NCBI GenBank assembly: GCA_047601445.1
Contig: JASGJH010000001.1
Span: 5,440,001 to 5,504,000, forward strand
Source of the DNA: Myxococcales bacterium
GTDB taxonomy: Bacteria > Myxococcota_A > Polyangia > Polyangiales > DASUME01
DNA length: 64,000 bases
Reading direction: 5' to 3'
Made by a program: the position numbers and the translations under genes. Below, one piece after another: positions 27,303 to 37,542 of this stretch. Position 1 is the first letter of the stretch. Each line of letters opens with the position of its first letter. The notes beneath the pieces were generated by a model. It searched no databases. It was not told where the DNA came from and saw only the letters and a program-made list of their open reading frames with translations.

Positions 27303-28103
27303 TCAGGTACCGAACAAGTCTTTCACGTCTCGGAAGGCCGTCTGGTCGGGGGGCCCGTCGGCGAACAGGTAGTGCCCGACGCTGTCAGGGGTGAGCGCCA
27401 CGATCGTGGAGGAGCGAGTGCCGTAGGCTGGCGTGCGGACGCACACAGCCGACAGAAGCTGCAGCGTGGGCCGATCGAAGGGCGCATCGGGGGGCAACTC
27501 GGGTAACACGGAGAGCGGGGCCGGCGTGCCGTCCGAGAGCAACCCGATCAAGCGCTGCGCGAGCTCATCCCAGGCCAAGCTCTCCATGTCCGTGAGCCCT
27601 GCGAGCACCTCTTTGGCGCGCCCGACCTTCCAGAAGTCCGACGAATCCAGGCGGTCATTGGGCAGCACGTGCACCCCGCGCGGCACCGGCTCCACCTCGA
27701 TCTCGCGCTGGTCGTCCCGACCGTACGCCGCGAACAAGTCGCCAGCGCGCCCGAACATCAAGTTGAAGCTGTTGAAGTCACGCCCGTCGAGGCCAGCCAG
27801 CAAACCACGGATCGCCCGCGCGTTCTCGCGTTCAAGCGCGTGCACCACGAGCTCACCACGTGAGCGCTTGCTCGGATCCGGTGCGCGCAGCGTGCGCTGG
27901 TTGGTGACGCCCACGAACAGGCCCTCGCGCGTGACCCCCATCCAGGTCCCAAGCGCCTTGAGGTCGCGACCACCCACGGTGACGGGCTGCTCCAAGATGC
28001 GCATCGGACCTGCGCTGGGACGAGCGAAGAACTCGTCGCGGTTGGTCGCGAGCACGAGCGGGAAATCCGAGCGCACGCCATGCAGCGCCACGATGGTGCA
28101 CAT
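27303..28103 (-). CDS. NRDE/TANGO2 family protein
   Basis: N-terminal MC, TNRDEFFARP, GGRD...GTW, SRGELV, YGTRSST. Confidence 0.92.
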   Translation of the reverse strand: MCTIVALHGVRSDFPLVLATNRDEFFARPSAGPMRILEQPVTVGGRDLKALGTWMGVTREGLFVGVTNQRTLRAPDPSKRSRGELVVHALERENARAIRGLLAGLDGRDFNSFNLMFGRAGDLFAAYGRDDQREIEVEPVPRGVHVLPNDRLDSSDFWKVGRAKEVLAGLTDMESLAWDELAQRLIGLLSDGTPAPLSVLPELPPDAPFDRPTLQLLSAVCVRTPAYGTRSSTIVALTPDSVGHYLFADGPPDQTAFRDVKDLFGT

Positions 28104-28121
28104 GGCTCGAGTGTAGGCGCG

Positions 28122-28757
28122 CTATTCGGTGCCTTCTACCCGGGCGCGCAGCTTGTAGAGCGTGTGGTAGGGCAAGTCGCGGGCGCCCAGCTTGGCCAGC
28201 CACTTGGGAATGCGACCACCGATGTCTGCCTCCACCTCGTAGAGCACCTTCACCTTGGCGGGCTCCACCTGCCACATCTTGAGTGAGCCCTGCATACGCG
28301 GCATGCGCACCACGTGCTCGGGCACGGCCCGCAGATCCGACTTCACGCCCACGAAGGTGATCGCGAGCGACTTCTTGTCCTCCGCCCAGGTGAGTGCAGT
28401 GTCGGCGATCACGTCGCGGTCCCACACCGGCCAGACGCCGCGAATGCGGTTGTACATGAGGGCGCGCGTGGGGCTCAGCTCCTTGAGCAAGGAGGACTCA
28501 CGGCACAGGTACATCCAGTCCGTGTGGTGCTTGTAGTCCATCACCGGTTTCAGCACGTCCTCGAGGGTCCCCTTGATGTGGGTCTGCCCGCGAAAGGCCG
28601 GCATGTCGCCGTCGAGCTCTTTCTTCCAGGTGTGGATCCCATCGTCTTCTTCGATGTACTCCCACTGGCTGGTGCCCGTGGCGAGCGCGGGGAACGCGAC
28701 CCCCAACAACAACAGCGCTGCGATGCCAAAGCGCGCCCAAGTCCGTGACGTCTTCAT
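28122..28757 (-). CDS. Secreted START-domain lipid-binding protein
   Basis: Signal peptide, WPVWDRD and DIGGRIPKWL START-family motifs. Confidence 0.8.
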   Translation of the reverse strand: MKTSRTWARFGIAALLLLGVAFPALATGTSQWEYIEEDDGIHTWKKELDGDMPAFRGQTHIKGTLEDVLKPVMDYKHHTDWMYLCRESSLLKELSPTRALMYNRIRGVWPVWDRDVIADTALTWAEDKKSLAITFVGVKSDLRAVPEHVVRMPRMQGSLKMWQVEPAKVKVLYEVEADIGGRIPKWLAKLGARDLPYHTLYKLRARVEGTE

Positions 28758-28907
28758 GGGCGGCAGACTGCGCTGGGAGGGCCTCGTCAGGCAACGGGGA
28801 CTGGGCTGACAAACCAGTACTTTCTTTGGCCACTGCAGCCCGAGTTGCCGTGATTCTGTAATTTTCCATGCCCTGACGGCGAACCGGGCCGTGGACCGGT
28901 CCCCTGC

Positions 28908-31900
28908 CTAGGCGCCCTGTTCTGAGGCCTGCGGGGCGCTGGCGACGGCCGCGGGTTCGCGCCTCGTCACTAGCAGGCGCAGCAGCACCGGCAGCACCAC
29001 CAGCGAGAGCACGGTGGAGGAGAGGATGCCGCCGATCACCACGGTGGCGAGCGGGCGCTGCACCTCGGCGCCGGCCCGGGTGGAGATGGCCATGGGGAAG
29101 AAGCCGATAGCCGCCACCAGCGCGGTGGTGATCACGGGCCGCAGCACCGACAGCGCACCCTCGAAGAGCGCCTGAGCCTGATCGGCCGAGAGCGCGAGAC
29201 GTCGCTTCACCTCGCTCGCCATCACCACGCCGTTGAGCACCGCCACACCGGCCACCGCGATGAAGCCCACCGCCGCCGGGATGGAGAACGGCAACTCGCG
29301 CACGAACAGCGAGAGCACGCCGCCGATCAACGCGAACGGAGCCCCCGCGAAGACCGCCGCCGCATAGCGCAGGCTGCCGAACATCAGGAACAACATGCCG
29401 AAGATCACACCGAGGGCCACGGGCACCACCAGGCCGAGCCGGGCGCTCGCACGCTCGAAGTTCTCGAACTGTCCGCCCCACACCAGGTGCATGTCCTTGG
29501 GCACGGCCAGCGCCGCCACCGCGGCCTTGGCATCGGCCACGTAGCTCACCAGATCGCGCCCGCGCACGTTGATCTCCACCACGACGCGACGCTCGAGCGC
29601 CTCGCGGTTGATCACGGCAGGCCCCTCGGCCTCCTTGATGTCGGCCACCAAGTTGAGCGGAATGGGATGCCCCTGCGCGCTGCCCACGGGCAGGCTCCCC
29701 AGCGCATCCGTCGAGCCATCGGGCGGAGGCATGCGCAGGCGCAGCTCGAAGCGACGTTGCCCCTCGAACACCAGGCCCGCGGGCCGGCCTACGCGCGCGG
29801 CCTCCACCACGTCGAGCACCTCCTCGGCGGTGATCCCGTAGCGCGCCAGGCGATCGCGGTCCGGTTTGACCTCGAGCAGCGGCAAGCCGAGCACGCGCTG
29901 CACGCGTAGGTCGCCCGTGCCGGGCACGTTCTTGATGGCACGTCCGATGCGGTCGGCGAAGGCCTTGAGGCGCACCAGATCGGGGCCGAATACCTTGATC
30001 ACCAGGTCGCCCTTGGAGCCGGCGAGCAGCTGATTCACACGATCTTCGATGGGCTGCGAGACCGCCACGAAGGTGGCCGGCACCTCGGCCTCCACCTTGA
30101 GCTTGATGGCTTCTCCGAGGCCGTCGAGATCATGGGCCGTGACCCACTCTTCCTTGGGTTTGAGCTTGACGCGCAGGTCGGACTCGTCGGGCCCGACCGG
30201 ATCGGTGGGCACCTCGGGGCGCCCCGTGCGCGAGACCACCGAGAGCACTTCGGGAAAACCCTTGAGCACCTGTTCCATTTGGGTGTTGAGCTGTTGCGCC
30301 GCGCCGATCGACACCGAGGGCAAGCGCCGTGTATCGATGGCCAGTTCGCCTTCTTCGAGGCGTGGCACGAACTCAGCGCCGAGCGAACCCGCGCACACGA
30401 AGGTGAGCACCAGCGCAGAGGTCGCGCCCGCCAAGGTGAGCTGCGGACGGGCCAGCACCAGCCCGAGCACGCGCCCGTAGACGCGACGCAACCAACCGAA
30501 GAAGCCGGCGTGCTCATCGTGGGCGTGCTTGGGAGACGCGAGTACGTAGGCCGCGAGCGCCGGGAAGGCCGTGAGCGAGAACGCGAGCGCGCCGAACAGG
30601 GCCAAGGCCACGGTGATCGCCATCGGACGGAACATGCGCCCCTCGACCCCCTCGAGCGCCATCAAGGGCAGGTACACCATCAGGATGATGGCGAGCGCGA
30701 AGGTCACCGGGCGGGCTGCGCGACGCATGGCTTCGGAGACCACCTGGGCGACGTCCTCGCGCTTCTGCACGTGCTTGATGGCGAGTGCGGCGAGCGTGGT
30801 CTCGAGCATGACGATGGCGCCGTCGACTAGCAGGCCGAAGTCGATGGCACCGAGCGACATCAAGTTTCCGGTGACCTTGAGGCGCACCATGCCGATCAAC
30901 GCGATGCCCATGGAGAGCGGGATCGCCAGCGCCGCGATCAGGGAGCCGCGAAAGCTCCCCAGGGTCAAGAACAGCACCACCACCACGAGCAGCGCGCCTT
31001 CGGCCAGGTTGATGGCCACGGTCTCGAGCATGCGCCCGATGAACTCGGCGCGATCGTAGAACGCGTGGATCTCTACTCCCTCGGGCAGCTCGTGCTGAAT
31101 CGCCTCCAGGCGCTGCTTCACCGAGGCCACCACCTCGCGCGAGTTGGCGCCGATCAACATCATCACGGTGCCGGTGACGATCTCGCCCTCGTCGAGCTTG
31201 GTCACCGTGCCGAAGCGCAGGGCCGGTCCGAGCTGCGCCGAGCCCAAATGCCGCAACAGCACGGGGGATCCGCGGCGATCCACGGTGACCACCGTCTTCT
31301 CGATATCCGAGAGGCTCTTGAACTGCGCGTCTCCGCGGATGGTGTAGCTCTCCTGGCCCTTCTCGATGTAGCCCGCGCCGAGCGCCAGGTTGTTGCGCTG
31401 CAGAGCCGAGAGCACCTGGCTCAGCGTGAGCTCGTGGGCCATCAAGCGCCCTGGGTCGAGCACCACCTGGTATTGCTTGGCCTCGCCCCCCATGGCGTTC
31501 ACTTCGATCACGCCGGGCACCGAGCGCAGCTTGTAAGCCACGACCCAGTCGAGCAGCGTGCGCAGCTCCATCGGCGTGTGGCGATCGGAGCTCAGGTAGA
31601 ACTCGTAGATCTGCCCGAGCCCCGTGGACACGGGCGCCAGCTCGGGGCGGCCGTAGACGTCGGGGATGTCGGCCTCGGCGAGCTTGAGACGCTCGGAGAT
31701 CAACTGGCGCGCGAACCACACGTCCGTCTCGTCGTCGAACACCACCGTGACCACCGAGACGCCGGTGCGGCTGATGGAGCGAATCTCGGTGACGTGGGGT
31801 ACGCCATTCACGGCCGCTTCCACGGGATAGGTCAGGTACTGCTCGACCTCGATGGGCGAGAGGCCCGCGCCCGAGGTGAGGATCTGCACCTGCGTGTTGG

Positions 31901-32027
31901 TCACGTCCGGGACGGCGTCCACCGAGAGCTTGCGCAGCGCGAACACGCTGGCGACGGCGACCAGGGCCCAAGCCACGAGCACCCCACCTCGGCGGCGCAC
32001 GGAGAAGTCGACCAAGCTTTCGAGCAT
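28908..32027 (-). CDS. CusA/CzcA family heavy-metal RND efflux transporter
   Basis: DAVPDVTNTQVQI, GNLMSLGAIDFGLLVDGAIV, EGRMFRPMA, GVAVLNG, GAEVQRPLATVVIGG. Start ATG 32027. Confidence 0.93.
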   Translation of the reverse strand: MLESLVDFSVRRRGGVLVAWALVAVASVFALRKLSVDAVPDVTNTQVQILTSGAGLSPIEVEQYLTYPVEAAVNGVPHVTEIRSISRTGVSVVTVVFDDETDVWFARQLISERLKLAEADIPDVYGRPELAPVSTGLGQIYEFYLSSDRHTPMELRTLLDWVVAYKLRSVPGVIEVNAMGGEAKQYQVVLDPGRLMAHELTLSQVLSALQRNNLALGAGYIEKGQESYTIRGDAQFKSLSDIEKTVVTVDRRGSPVLLRHLGSAQLGPALRFGTVTKLDEGEIVTGTVMMLIGANSREVVASVKQRLEAIQHELPEGVEIHAFYDRAEFIGRMLETVAINLAEGALLVVVVLFLTLGSFRGSLIAALAIPLSMGIALIGMVRLKVTGNLMSLGAIDFGLLVDGAIVMLETTLAALAIKHVQKREDVAQVVSEAMRRAARPVTFALAIILMVYLPLMALEGVEGRMFRPMAITVALALFGALAFSLTAFPALAAYVLASPKHAHDEHAGFFGWLRRVYGRVLGLVLARPQLTLAGATSALVLTFVCAGSLGAEFVPRLEEGELAIDTRRLPSVSIGAAQQLNTQMEQVLKGFPEVLSVVSRTGRPEVPTDPVGPDESDLRVKLKPKEEWVTAHDLDGLGEAIKLKVEAEVPATFVAVSQPIEDRVNQLLAGSKGDLVIKVFGPDLVRLKAFADRIGRAIKNVPGTGDLRVQRVLGLPLLEVKPDRDRLARYGITAEEVLDVVEAARVGRPAGLVFEGQRRFELRLRMPPPDGSTDALGSLPVGSAQGHPIPLNLVADIKEAEGPAVINREALERRVVVEINVRGRDLVSYVADAKAAVAALAVPKDMHLVWGGQFENFERASARLGLVVPVALGVIFGMLFLMFGSLRYAAAVFAGAPFALIGGVLSLFVRELPFSIPAAVGFIAVAGVAVLNGVVMASEVKRRLALSADQAQALFEGALSVLRPVITTALVAAIGFFPMAISTRAGAEVQRPLATVVIGGILSSTVLSLVVLPVLLRLLVTRREPAAVASAPQASEQGA

Positions 32028-32073
32028 TCCAAGCTTTGTTACCCGAAGCCACACGCACCGGCCTTACCTGGAG

Positions 32074-32089
32074 ATTAAGACTTCGTAAT
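32074..32089. promoter_or_regulatory. Candidate heavy-metal response-regulator box
   Basis: ATTAA-gacttc-GTAAT, one mismatch from the ATTAC-N6-GTAAT palindrome bound by CzcR/CopR-type regulators. Lies in the AT-rich gap between the divergent RND and regulator genes. Confidence 0.5.
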
Positions 32090-32138
32090 AATTCAAAACC
32101 GCCCGGGACCAGCGCAGGCGCGCTATGTTCGCCGAGTC

Positions 32139-32807
32139 GTGAAACTCCTGGTCGCCGAGGACGACCGCAAGTTGGCCAGCTTCTTGCGCCGCGTCTTTTT
32201 GGAAGAGGGCTACGTGGTGGACACCTGCGCGAGCGGGTTGGACGCCGTGACCCAGGCCAAGAGCGGGATCTACGACCTGCTCGTGCTCGACTGGATGCTG
32301 CCCGGCCTGGACGGCCTCGAGGTGTGTCGGCGCCTACGCGAGGGCGGAGCCACGCTGCCCATCCTCATGCTCACGGCGCGCGGCGAGGTCAGCGAGCGGG
32401 TGCTGGGGCTCTCGGCGGGTGCCGACGACTACCTGCTCAAGCCCTTCGAGGTGGAAGAGCTCCTGGCCCGCGTGAAGGCCCTGCTACGGCGCGCCACGGG
32501 CCACGGTCGCCTGCAGGTCGGCCCCTTGCTGATCGACCAGGTGCAGCGACGCGTGAGCGCCGACGGTGAGGTCCTGCAGCTCACCCAGCGCGAGTTCACG
32601 CTGCTGCTTCACCTGGTGCACCAGCGGCATCGCGTGGTGAGCCGCTCGGAGCTGTGGAGCGCGGTGTGGTCGCTGCAGTTCGACCCCGAGTCCAACATCG
32701 TCGAGGCCCACATGAGCCGGCTGCGCACCAAGCTCGGGCGACACGCCTGGATGATCGACACCGTGCGCGGTCGTGGCTACAAGCTGCGGTCGGAGCCCGA
32801 GTCATGA
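32139..32807 (+). CDS. OmpR-family response regulator (CusR/CzcR-like)
   Basis: LDWMLPGLDG, GADDYLLKPF, winged-helix NIVEAHMSRLRTKL...TVRGRGY. Confidence 0.92.
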   Translation: MKLLVAEDDRKLASFLRRVFLEEGYVVDTCASGLDAVTQAKSGIYDLLVLDWMLPGLDGLEVCRRLREGGATLPILMLTARGEVSERVLGLSAGADDYLLKPFEVEELLARVKALLRRATGHGRLQVGPLLIDQVQRRVSADGEVLQLTQREFTLLLHLVHQRHRVVSRSELWSAVWSLQFDPESNIVEAHMSRLRTKLGRHAWMIDTVRGRGYKLRSEPES

Positions 32808-34189
32808 GACGCAGGCGCCGCCTGGTGGCCTCCATCGCCAGCTTCAGCTTGGTTGGGTTGGGAGGCGCGTTCGTCGCCGTGTGGCTCTCGAACACCCACC
32901 TGCAAGAACGCCAGCTCGACCAAGCGCTCTTGCACGAAGCGCGCGAGGAGGCCCGCGAGGTGGGCATGGCGGGCGGCACCCGTCTGATGATCAGCGCGCG
33001 CCCGGGTCCCCAGGCAAACGACGTGGGCCCACTGACCAAGTACGCGGCCCTGTACGCCGCGAACGGTAAGGTGCTGGCCCAGACAGGCAGCTTCGAGGGC
33101 GACGCTCCGCTGCGTCCCGAGTCCAAGGCGCTGCGCCTCGCGCGACCCTTCAACATGTGGCACCGCGCCGAACACCTGCGCGCCGTGTGGGCCGAAGTCC
33201 CCACGCGCAAGGGCCTCCTGCTGCTTTTGGCCGCGCCGCGCACGGACCTCGACGGCGACGAGGCGTTCTTGGGCCGTGCCATGCTGCTCGCCTTCGGAGT
33301 CGCCTTCGCCTGGGCCCTGGCCGTGTCGGCTTGGCTGGTCGGACGCTTCACGCGCGGCTACGAACTGGTGGCCAACGTGGCCCACACGGTGGCACTGGGA
33401 GATCTCAGCGCGCGCGTACCGGCCTCGGACCAGGACACCGAGCTGGAGCAGCTGGCGCGCGACGTGAACCAAATGATCGAACGCCTGGGCTCGTTGCTCT
33501 CCTCGCATCAACACTTCATCGCCCACGCGGCGCACGAGCTGCGCTCGCCTTTGACGGCGCTCTACGGCGAGCTCTCGCATGCGTTGCGCCGCGAGCGCGA
33601 CGCCGACACCTACCGCGTGATGATCGCCGAAGCCCTGGAGTCGACCCAGCGACTGCGCACGCTGGCCGAGGACCTGCTCGCCCTGGCACGCATGTCCAGC
33701 GATGCCGACCCCGAACCCAAGAGCCCGCTCCGCCTCGACGAGCTGCTCGCCCGCGTGTCGCTCACCGTCCGCAATGAAGCCGACGCCAAGAACGTTCAGC
33801 TCGAGCTCCACACGCAACCAGCATGCGTCGTTGGGCGCGCCCTCGATCTCGAACGGCTCTTTCGCAACCTGTTCGAGAACGCCATCCAGCACGCACCGAG
33901 CGGCACCCATGTGCAGGTGGAGCTCGCGCGGGGGTCCCAGCACCTGGTGCGCATCGAGAACCAGGGGCCGGCCATTCCGGACGCCGATCTCGAGCGCCTG
34001 TTCGAGCCCTTCGTGCGTGGCGCCAACGAAAACGCCGAGGGCCGCAGCGGATCCGGACTCGGGCTCGCGATCGCGCGCCGCATCGCGCTCAACCATGGCG
34101 GAAAGCTCGCGCTGAGCCCCGGACGCCCTACCGGCGTGGAGCTCACGGTGAACCTGCCTAAGTCACAAGGCGAGCCCCCCTCCAGCTGA
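32804..34189 (+). CDS. HAMP-containing sensor histidine kinase
   Basis: ATGA overlap with the regulator stop, two TM helices, AAHELRSPL, NLFENAIQH, GSGLGLAI. Confidence 0.9.
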   Translation: MRRRRRLVASIASFSLVGLGGAFVAVWLSNTHLQERQLDQALLHEAREEAREVGMAGGTRLMISARPGPQANDVGPLTKYAALYAANGKVLAQTGSFEGDAPLRPESKALRLARPFNMWHRAEHLRAVWAEVPTRKGLLLLLAAPRTDLDGDEAFLGRAMLLAFGVAFAWALAVSAWLVGRFTRGYELVANVAHTVALGDLSARVPASDQDTELEQLARDVNQMIERLGSLLSSHQHFIAHAAHELRSPLTALYGELSHALRRERDADTYRVMIAEALESTQRLRTLAEDLLALARMSSDADPEPKSPLRLDELLARVSLTVRNEADAKNVQLELHTQPACVVGRALDLERLFRNLFENAIQHAPSGTHVQVELARGSQHLVRIENQGPAIPDADLERLFEPFVRGANENAEGRSGSGLGLAIARRIALNHGGKLALSPGRPTGVELTVNLPKSQGEPPSS

Positions 34190-34209
34190 ACGGCGGGGGC
34201 TGCGGTCCG

Positions 34210-35607
34210 TCAGCCGCCGTTGGGCACACGCACCCCCGCGGGGTGCGTCTCGGGCGAGAGCAGCGTGATCAACGGCGACGTCGCGAAAGTGGTCACCAGG
34301 GCCATCACCACCATCATGGCGAACAGGGCAGGGCTGATCACGCCGAGGTCGAGGCCGATGTTGAGCGCGACCAGCTCCACCAAACCACGCGTGTTCATCA
34401 GCGCGCCGAGGCTCCACGCATCGCGCCGCGAGACCCCCGTGAGCCGCGCCGCCACCACGGTGCCTCCGATCTTGCCCGCGCAGGCCACCAGCACGATGGC
34501 TGCACACATCCACCAGCCCTCCGCCCCCGACACCAAGCTGAGCTGTGTACGCAGACCCGTGAACGCAAAGAACGCCGGCAACAGGAGAACCACCGCCAAA
34601 TCCTCGAGGCGCTGCTTCATGGTGCGAGCGAGCAAGGAATCGGCCGGCACGAGGGCGCCCATCAAGAAGGCGCCGAAGATGGCGTGGATGCCGATGGCCT
34701 CCGCGATCAACGCACACACCACCACGCCCACCAGCATCAGCGCGATGGCATCGCGACTCACACTCTGCTTCACCTCTTGAGCGCGCACGAAGCGCTGCAT
34801 CAAGGGCCTGCCCACCATGAACATGAAGACCATGAACGCCACGGTGAGCCCCACGGTGATGGCCGCCGCTTGCGGATTGGACTCAGCGATGCCCACGACC
34901 AGCGCCAACAAACACCAGGCGGTGGCGTCGTCTACCGCGGCGCAGCTCAGGGCCAGCACTCCCAGGTGCGTGCGGTGCATCTCGCGATCGGTGAGGATGC
35001 GGGCCAGCACCGGGAAGGCGGTGATCGACATGGCGACGCCCATGAACAACCCGAACACGTCGAAGGGAACTCCGGCCGGCGCGAGCGTGGGGTAGAGCCA
35101 GAGCGCGAGCGCGCCGCCGAGCAGCATGGGGGCGAGGATGCTGGCGTGAGAGATGGCGAGGGCCGCCTCCCCTTTCTTGCCGAGCTGCTTGGTGTCGAGG
35201 TCCAAGCCCACCAGGAACATGAAGACGATCACGCCGATCTGGGCGAGAACACCGATGAGCGGCACCACGGCCGGGGGGAACAAGAAGCTGCTCGCCTCGG
35301 GCGCGATGCGTCCCAGAAGGGAAGGCCCGAGGGCGATGCCGGCCACCACTTCGCCGATCACCGCCGGCTGGTGGAAGTAGCGGAACAGCATGCCGACCAG
35401 GCGCGACGCCACGATCACCACGACCAGCGCGAGCAACACATGGAAGAGCGTCCCGCCATGCAGGGCTGGACCGCCCTTCGGTGCGCCGACCAAGGTCGAA
35501 GGCGTGAGCTCGGAGCCCAGCGAGCGAATCCAGTACAGGAGTGCTCCCGAAAGGGAGAGCATCAACCCGTAAGCGACCATTCCCTTTGTTGAACGCTTGG
35601 TTGCCAT
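34210..35607 (-). CDS. Cation:proton antiporter (CPA2/Kef-type)
   Basis: QPAVIGEVVAGIALGPS, SITAFPVLARIL, AAVDD, LMNTRGLVEL. Start ATG 35607. Confidence 0.9.
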   Translation of the reverse strand: MATKRSTKGMVAYGLMLSLSGALLYWIRSLGSELTPSTLVGAPKGGPALHGGTLFHVLLALVVVIVASRLVGMLFRYFHQPAVIGEVVAGIALGPSLLGRIAPEASSFLFPPAVVPLIGVLAQIGVIVFMFLVGLDLDTKQLGKKGEAALAISHASILAPMLLGGALALWLYPTLAPAGVPFDVFGLFMGVAMSITAFPVLARILTDREMHRTHLGVLALSCAAVDDATAWCLLALVVGIAESNPQAAAITVGLTVAFMVFMFMVGRPLMQRFVRAQEVKQSVSRDAIALMLVGVVVCALIAEAIGIHAIFGAFLMGALVPADSLLARTMKQRLEDLAVVLLLPAFFAFTGLRTQLSLVSGAEGWWMCAAIVLVACAGKIGGTVVAARLTGVSRRDAWSLGALMNTRGLVELVALNIGLDLGVISPALFAMMVVMALVTTFATSPLITLLSPETHPAGVRVPNGG

Positions 35608-35736
35608 GAGGACCTGCCAAAGGTGTCTCCGGCCATGGTCCCTGTCGAGGAGCAGCGTGAGCAAGCGTTGGATCTACACCGAAAATCCTGCAAGGATTGC
35701 GAGTGCGCGCGGTTTCGTGCGCGTGACCCAGAGGCC

Positions 35737-37092
35737 ATGCGAGCGCGGTCCACTCACCAGCGTGCAGTGCCTAGCGACGGTCTCCGCTCCCGCTGCAGCG
35801 AGGGCTGGCGGCTGTTGGCCTTCGCTTGCCTCGTGACGAGCATGTTGGCGAGCCAACGTGTCCGCGCCGGCAATGACGACAGCATCTTGGTCGGCACCGA
35901 GGCTGCACAGATGGCGGGCGCGATCACCGCGATCGTCTCCGACGGCGCCGCCGTCTACTACAACCCCTCAGGTCTCGCGAACACCAAGGCCGCCAGCCTG
36001 GACGCGAGCCTCTCCACCTATGGCGTGCGCTTCATCGCCGTGAAGGACCTGCTCGAGGGGCCTCAGAACTCCGTGGGCGCCAAGTACACGGACTGGGTCG
36101 TGGTGCCGAGCTTGGTTTCCCACGTGTTGAAGCTGAGCGAGCGTTGGCGCTTCTCCTATGCGGTGATCGTGCCGCGCGTCCAGAACTACAGCGTGGAGGT
36201 CACGCTGCGCGCCCCCGATGAAACGCGCTGGCAAGCGCTGCAACAGGAGCAGAGCCAGGAGATCGACATCGGCGCTGGCGTGGGTGGCTACGTGCTGGAC
36301 AACTTGCGCTTTGGCGCCTCGCTGCTCGGCATCTACAACACCGACAACCTGATCTCGTCCGCCTTCGCCGGCAACCCCATGTATCCCAACATGGCGGTCT
36401 CGGCGCTCTCCCTCGTGAGCACCCACGACTACGGCTTGAGCGTGCGCACGGGCTTGCAGTGGGACGCGCTCCCGCAACTCGCGTTCGGCGTGATGGTGGT
36501 GTCGCCAAACCTGGTGGTGGTGCGTAACACCACGGACAACGGCTCGGTGTTCACCCCCGGGAACGCCGCAGGCGTGCCGCCAGTCCAAAACTTCGATCGC
36601 TCGTCGGATACGAGCGCAGCCTTCGACCTGAGCGGAGTGCCCCAAGTGCGCATGGGCGGGGCCTACCACTATGGGCCCGGGAGCGTGACGCTCGACTCGA
36701 CCCTGAACTTCCCGCTCAACAACCTCACCTACGAGGGCGACCGCAAGTTCTCCTGGAACCTGCGCGCAGGCATGCGCCACCGCTTGACCGACACCGTCTC
36801 CATCGGCTCCGGCCTATTCACCGATCGCAACCCCTACCGCAAACACGGAGCCGACTTCTACGGATTCACGCTGGGTGCTTCCTTCGCCAAGGTCTTCGAC
36901 CTGAGCAAGGGCGGCTCACTCAGCGTCCTGACGAGCCTGAACGTCCGCTATGCCTACGGCTACGGCACCGCCACCGGCTCCAAGGTGCCCGCGCTCGAGA
37001 ACGCAGTGGGAGGACTGAGCTTCGACGCGGTGAGCACAGGAGTGCGCATCAACGAGCTCGGAGTGAGCTTGGGCGCGGGGCTGAAGTACTAG
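35737..37092 (+). CDS. FadL/TodX-like outer-membrane barrel protein
   Basis: AAQMAGAITAIVSDGAAVYYNPSGLA hatch motif typical of the FadL family, C-terminal aromatic residue. Start uncertain. Confidence 0.65.
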   Translation: MRARSTHQRAVPSDGLRSRCSEGWRLLAFACLVTSMLASQRVRAGNDDSILVGTEAAQMAGAITAIVSDGAAVYYNPSGLANTKAASLDASLSTYGVRFIAVKDLLEGPQNSVGAKYTDWVVVPSLVSHVLKLSERWRFSYAVIVPRVQNYSVEVTLRAPDETRWQALQQEQSQEIDIGAGVGGYVLDNLRFGASLLGIYNTDNLISSAFAGNPMYPNMAVSALSLVSTHDYGLSVRTGLQWDALPQLAFGVMVVSPNLVVVRNTTDNGSVFTPGNAAGVPPVQNFDRSSDTSAAFDLSGVPQVRMGGAYHYGPGSVTLDSTLNFPLNNLTYEGDRKFSWNLRAGMRHRLTDTVSIGSGLFTDRNPYRKHGADFYGFTLGASFAKVFDLSKGGSLSVLTSLNVRYAYGYGTATGSKVPALENAVGGLSFDAVSTGVRINELGVSLGAGLKY

Positions 37093-37226
37093 ACACGGGT
37101 GCTTCCGCGCGCTGCGAATCCGCAGGAAGACGAACGCGACACACTACCTGGCGCTTGTACACCTGGCGCGCGCGCTGGTTGCCTAACGCCCAGCAACCCG
37201 AAGAAACCGATACCAGTTCTGATCGG

Positions 37227-37410
37227 GGCCGTGAGCGTGGCCCTGGCCGTTGGCGCTCCCGTGATGGTGGCCGCGCTCGTGAACCGGAACGACTTCGTGA
37301 AGGTGTTCGACACCGCCCGATGCTCACGGGCGTGGATCACGGCCATGGCATCGTTCCCGCTCGCGAGCGCGGCCACGGCCACGGGTGCGACCAGGTCCAC
37401 GGCCACGGCC
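37227..37410. repeat. Long imperfect extragenic palindrome
   Basis: cccgtgatggtggccgcgctcgtgaaccggaacga pairs with tcgttcccgctcgcgagcgcggccacggccacggg (29/35), with gtggcc-rich outer arms. Confidence 0.75.
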
Positions 37411-37542
37411 GCGGCATCACCGCGGCGGCTCACGTCACAGGTCTGATTGCCCGTTCCAAGCTAGATCCGGCTTTAAACCGAAGCGGCCGAGCGAGTTGCC
37501 CGGCCGTTCTCGACACTACCTCACGCGCTTACGCGCGCGCCC

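Noticed and set aside
37089..37446. 114/115-aa ORFs on both strands
   Set aside because: Explained by a palindromic non-coding repeat.
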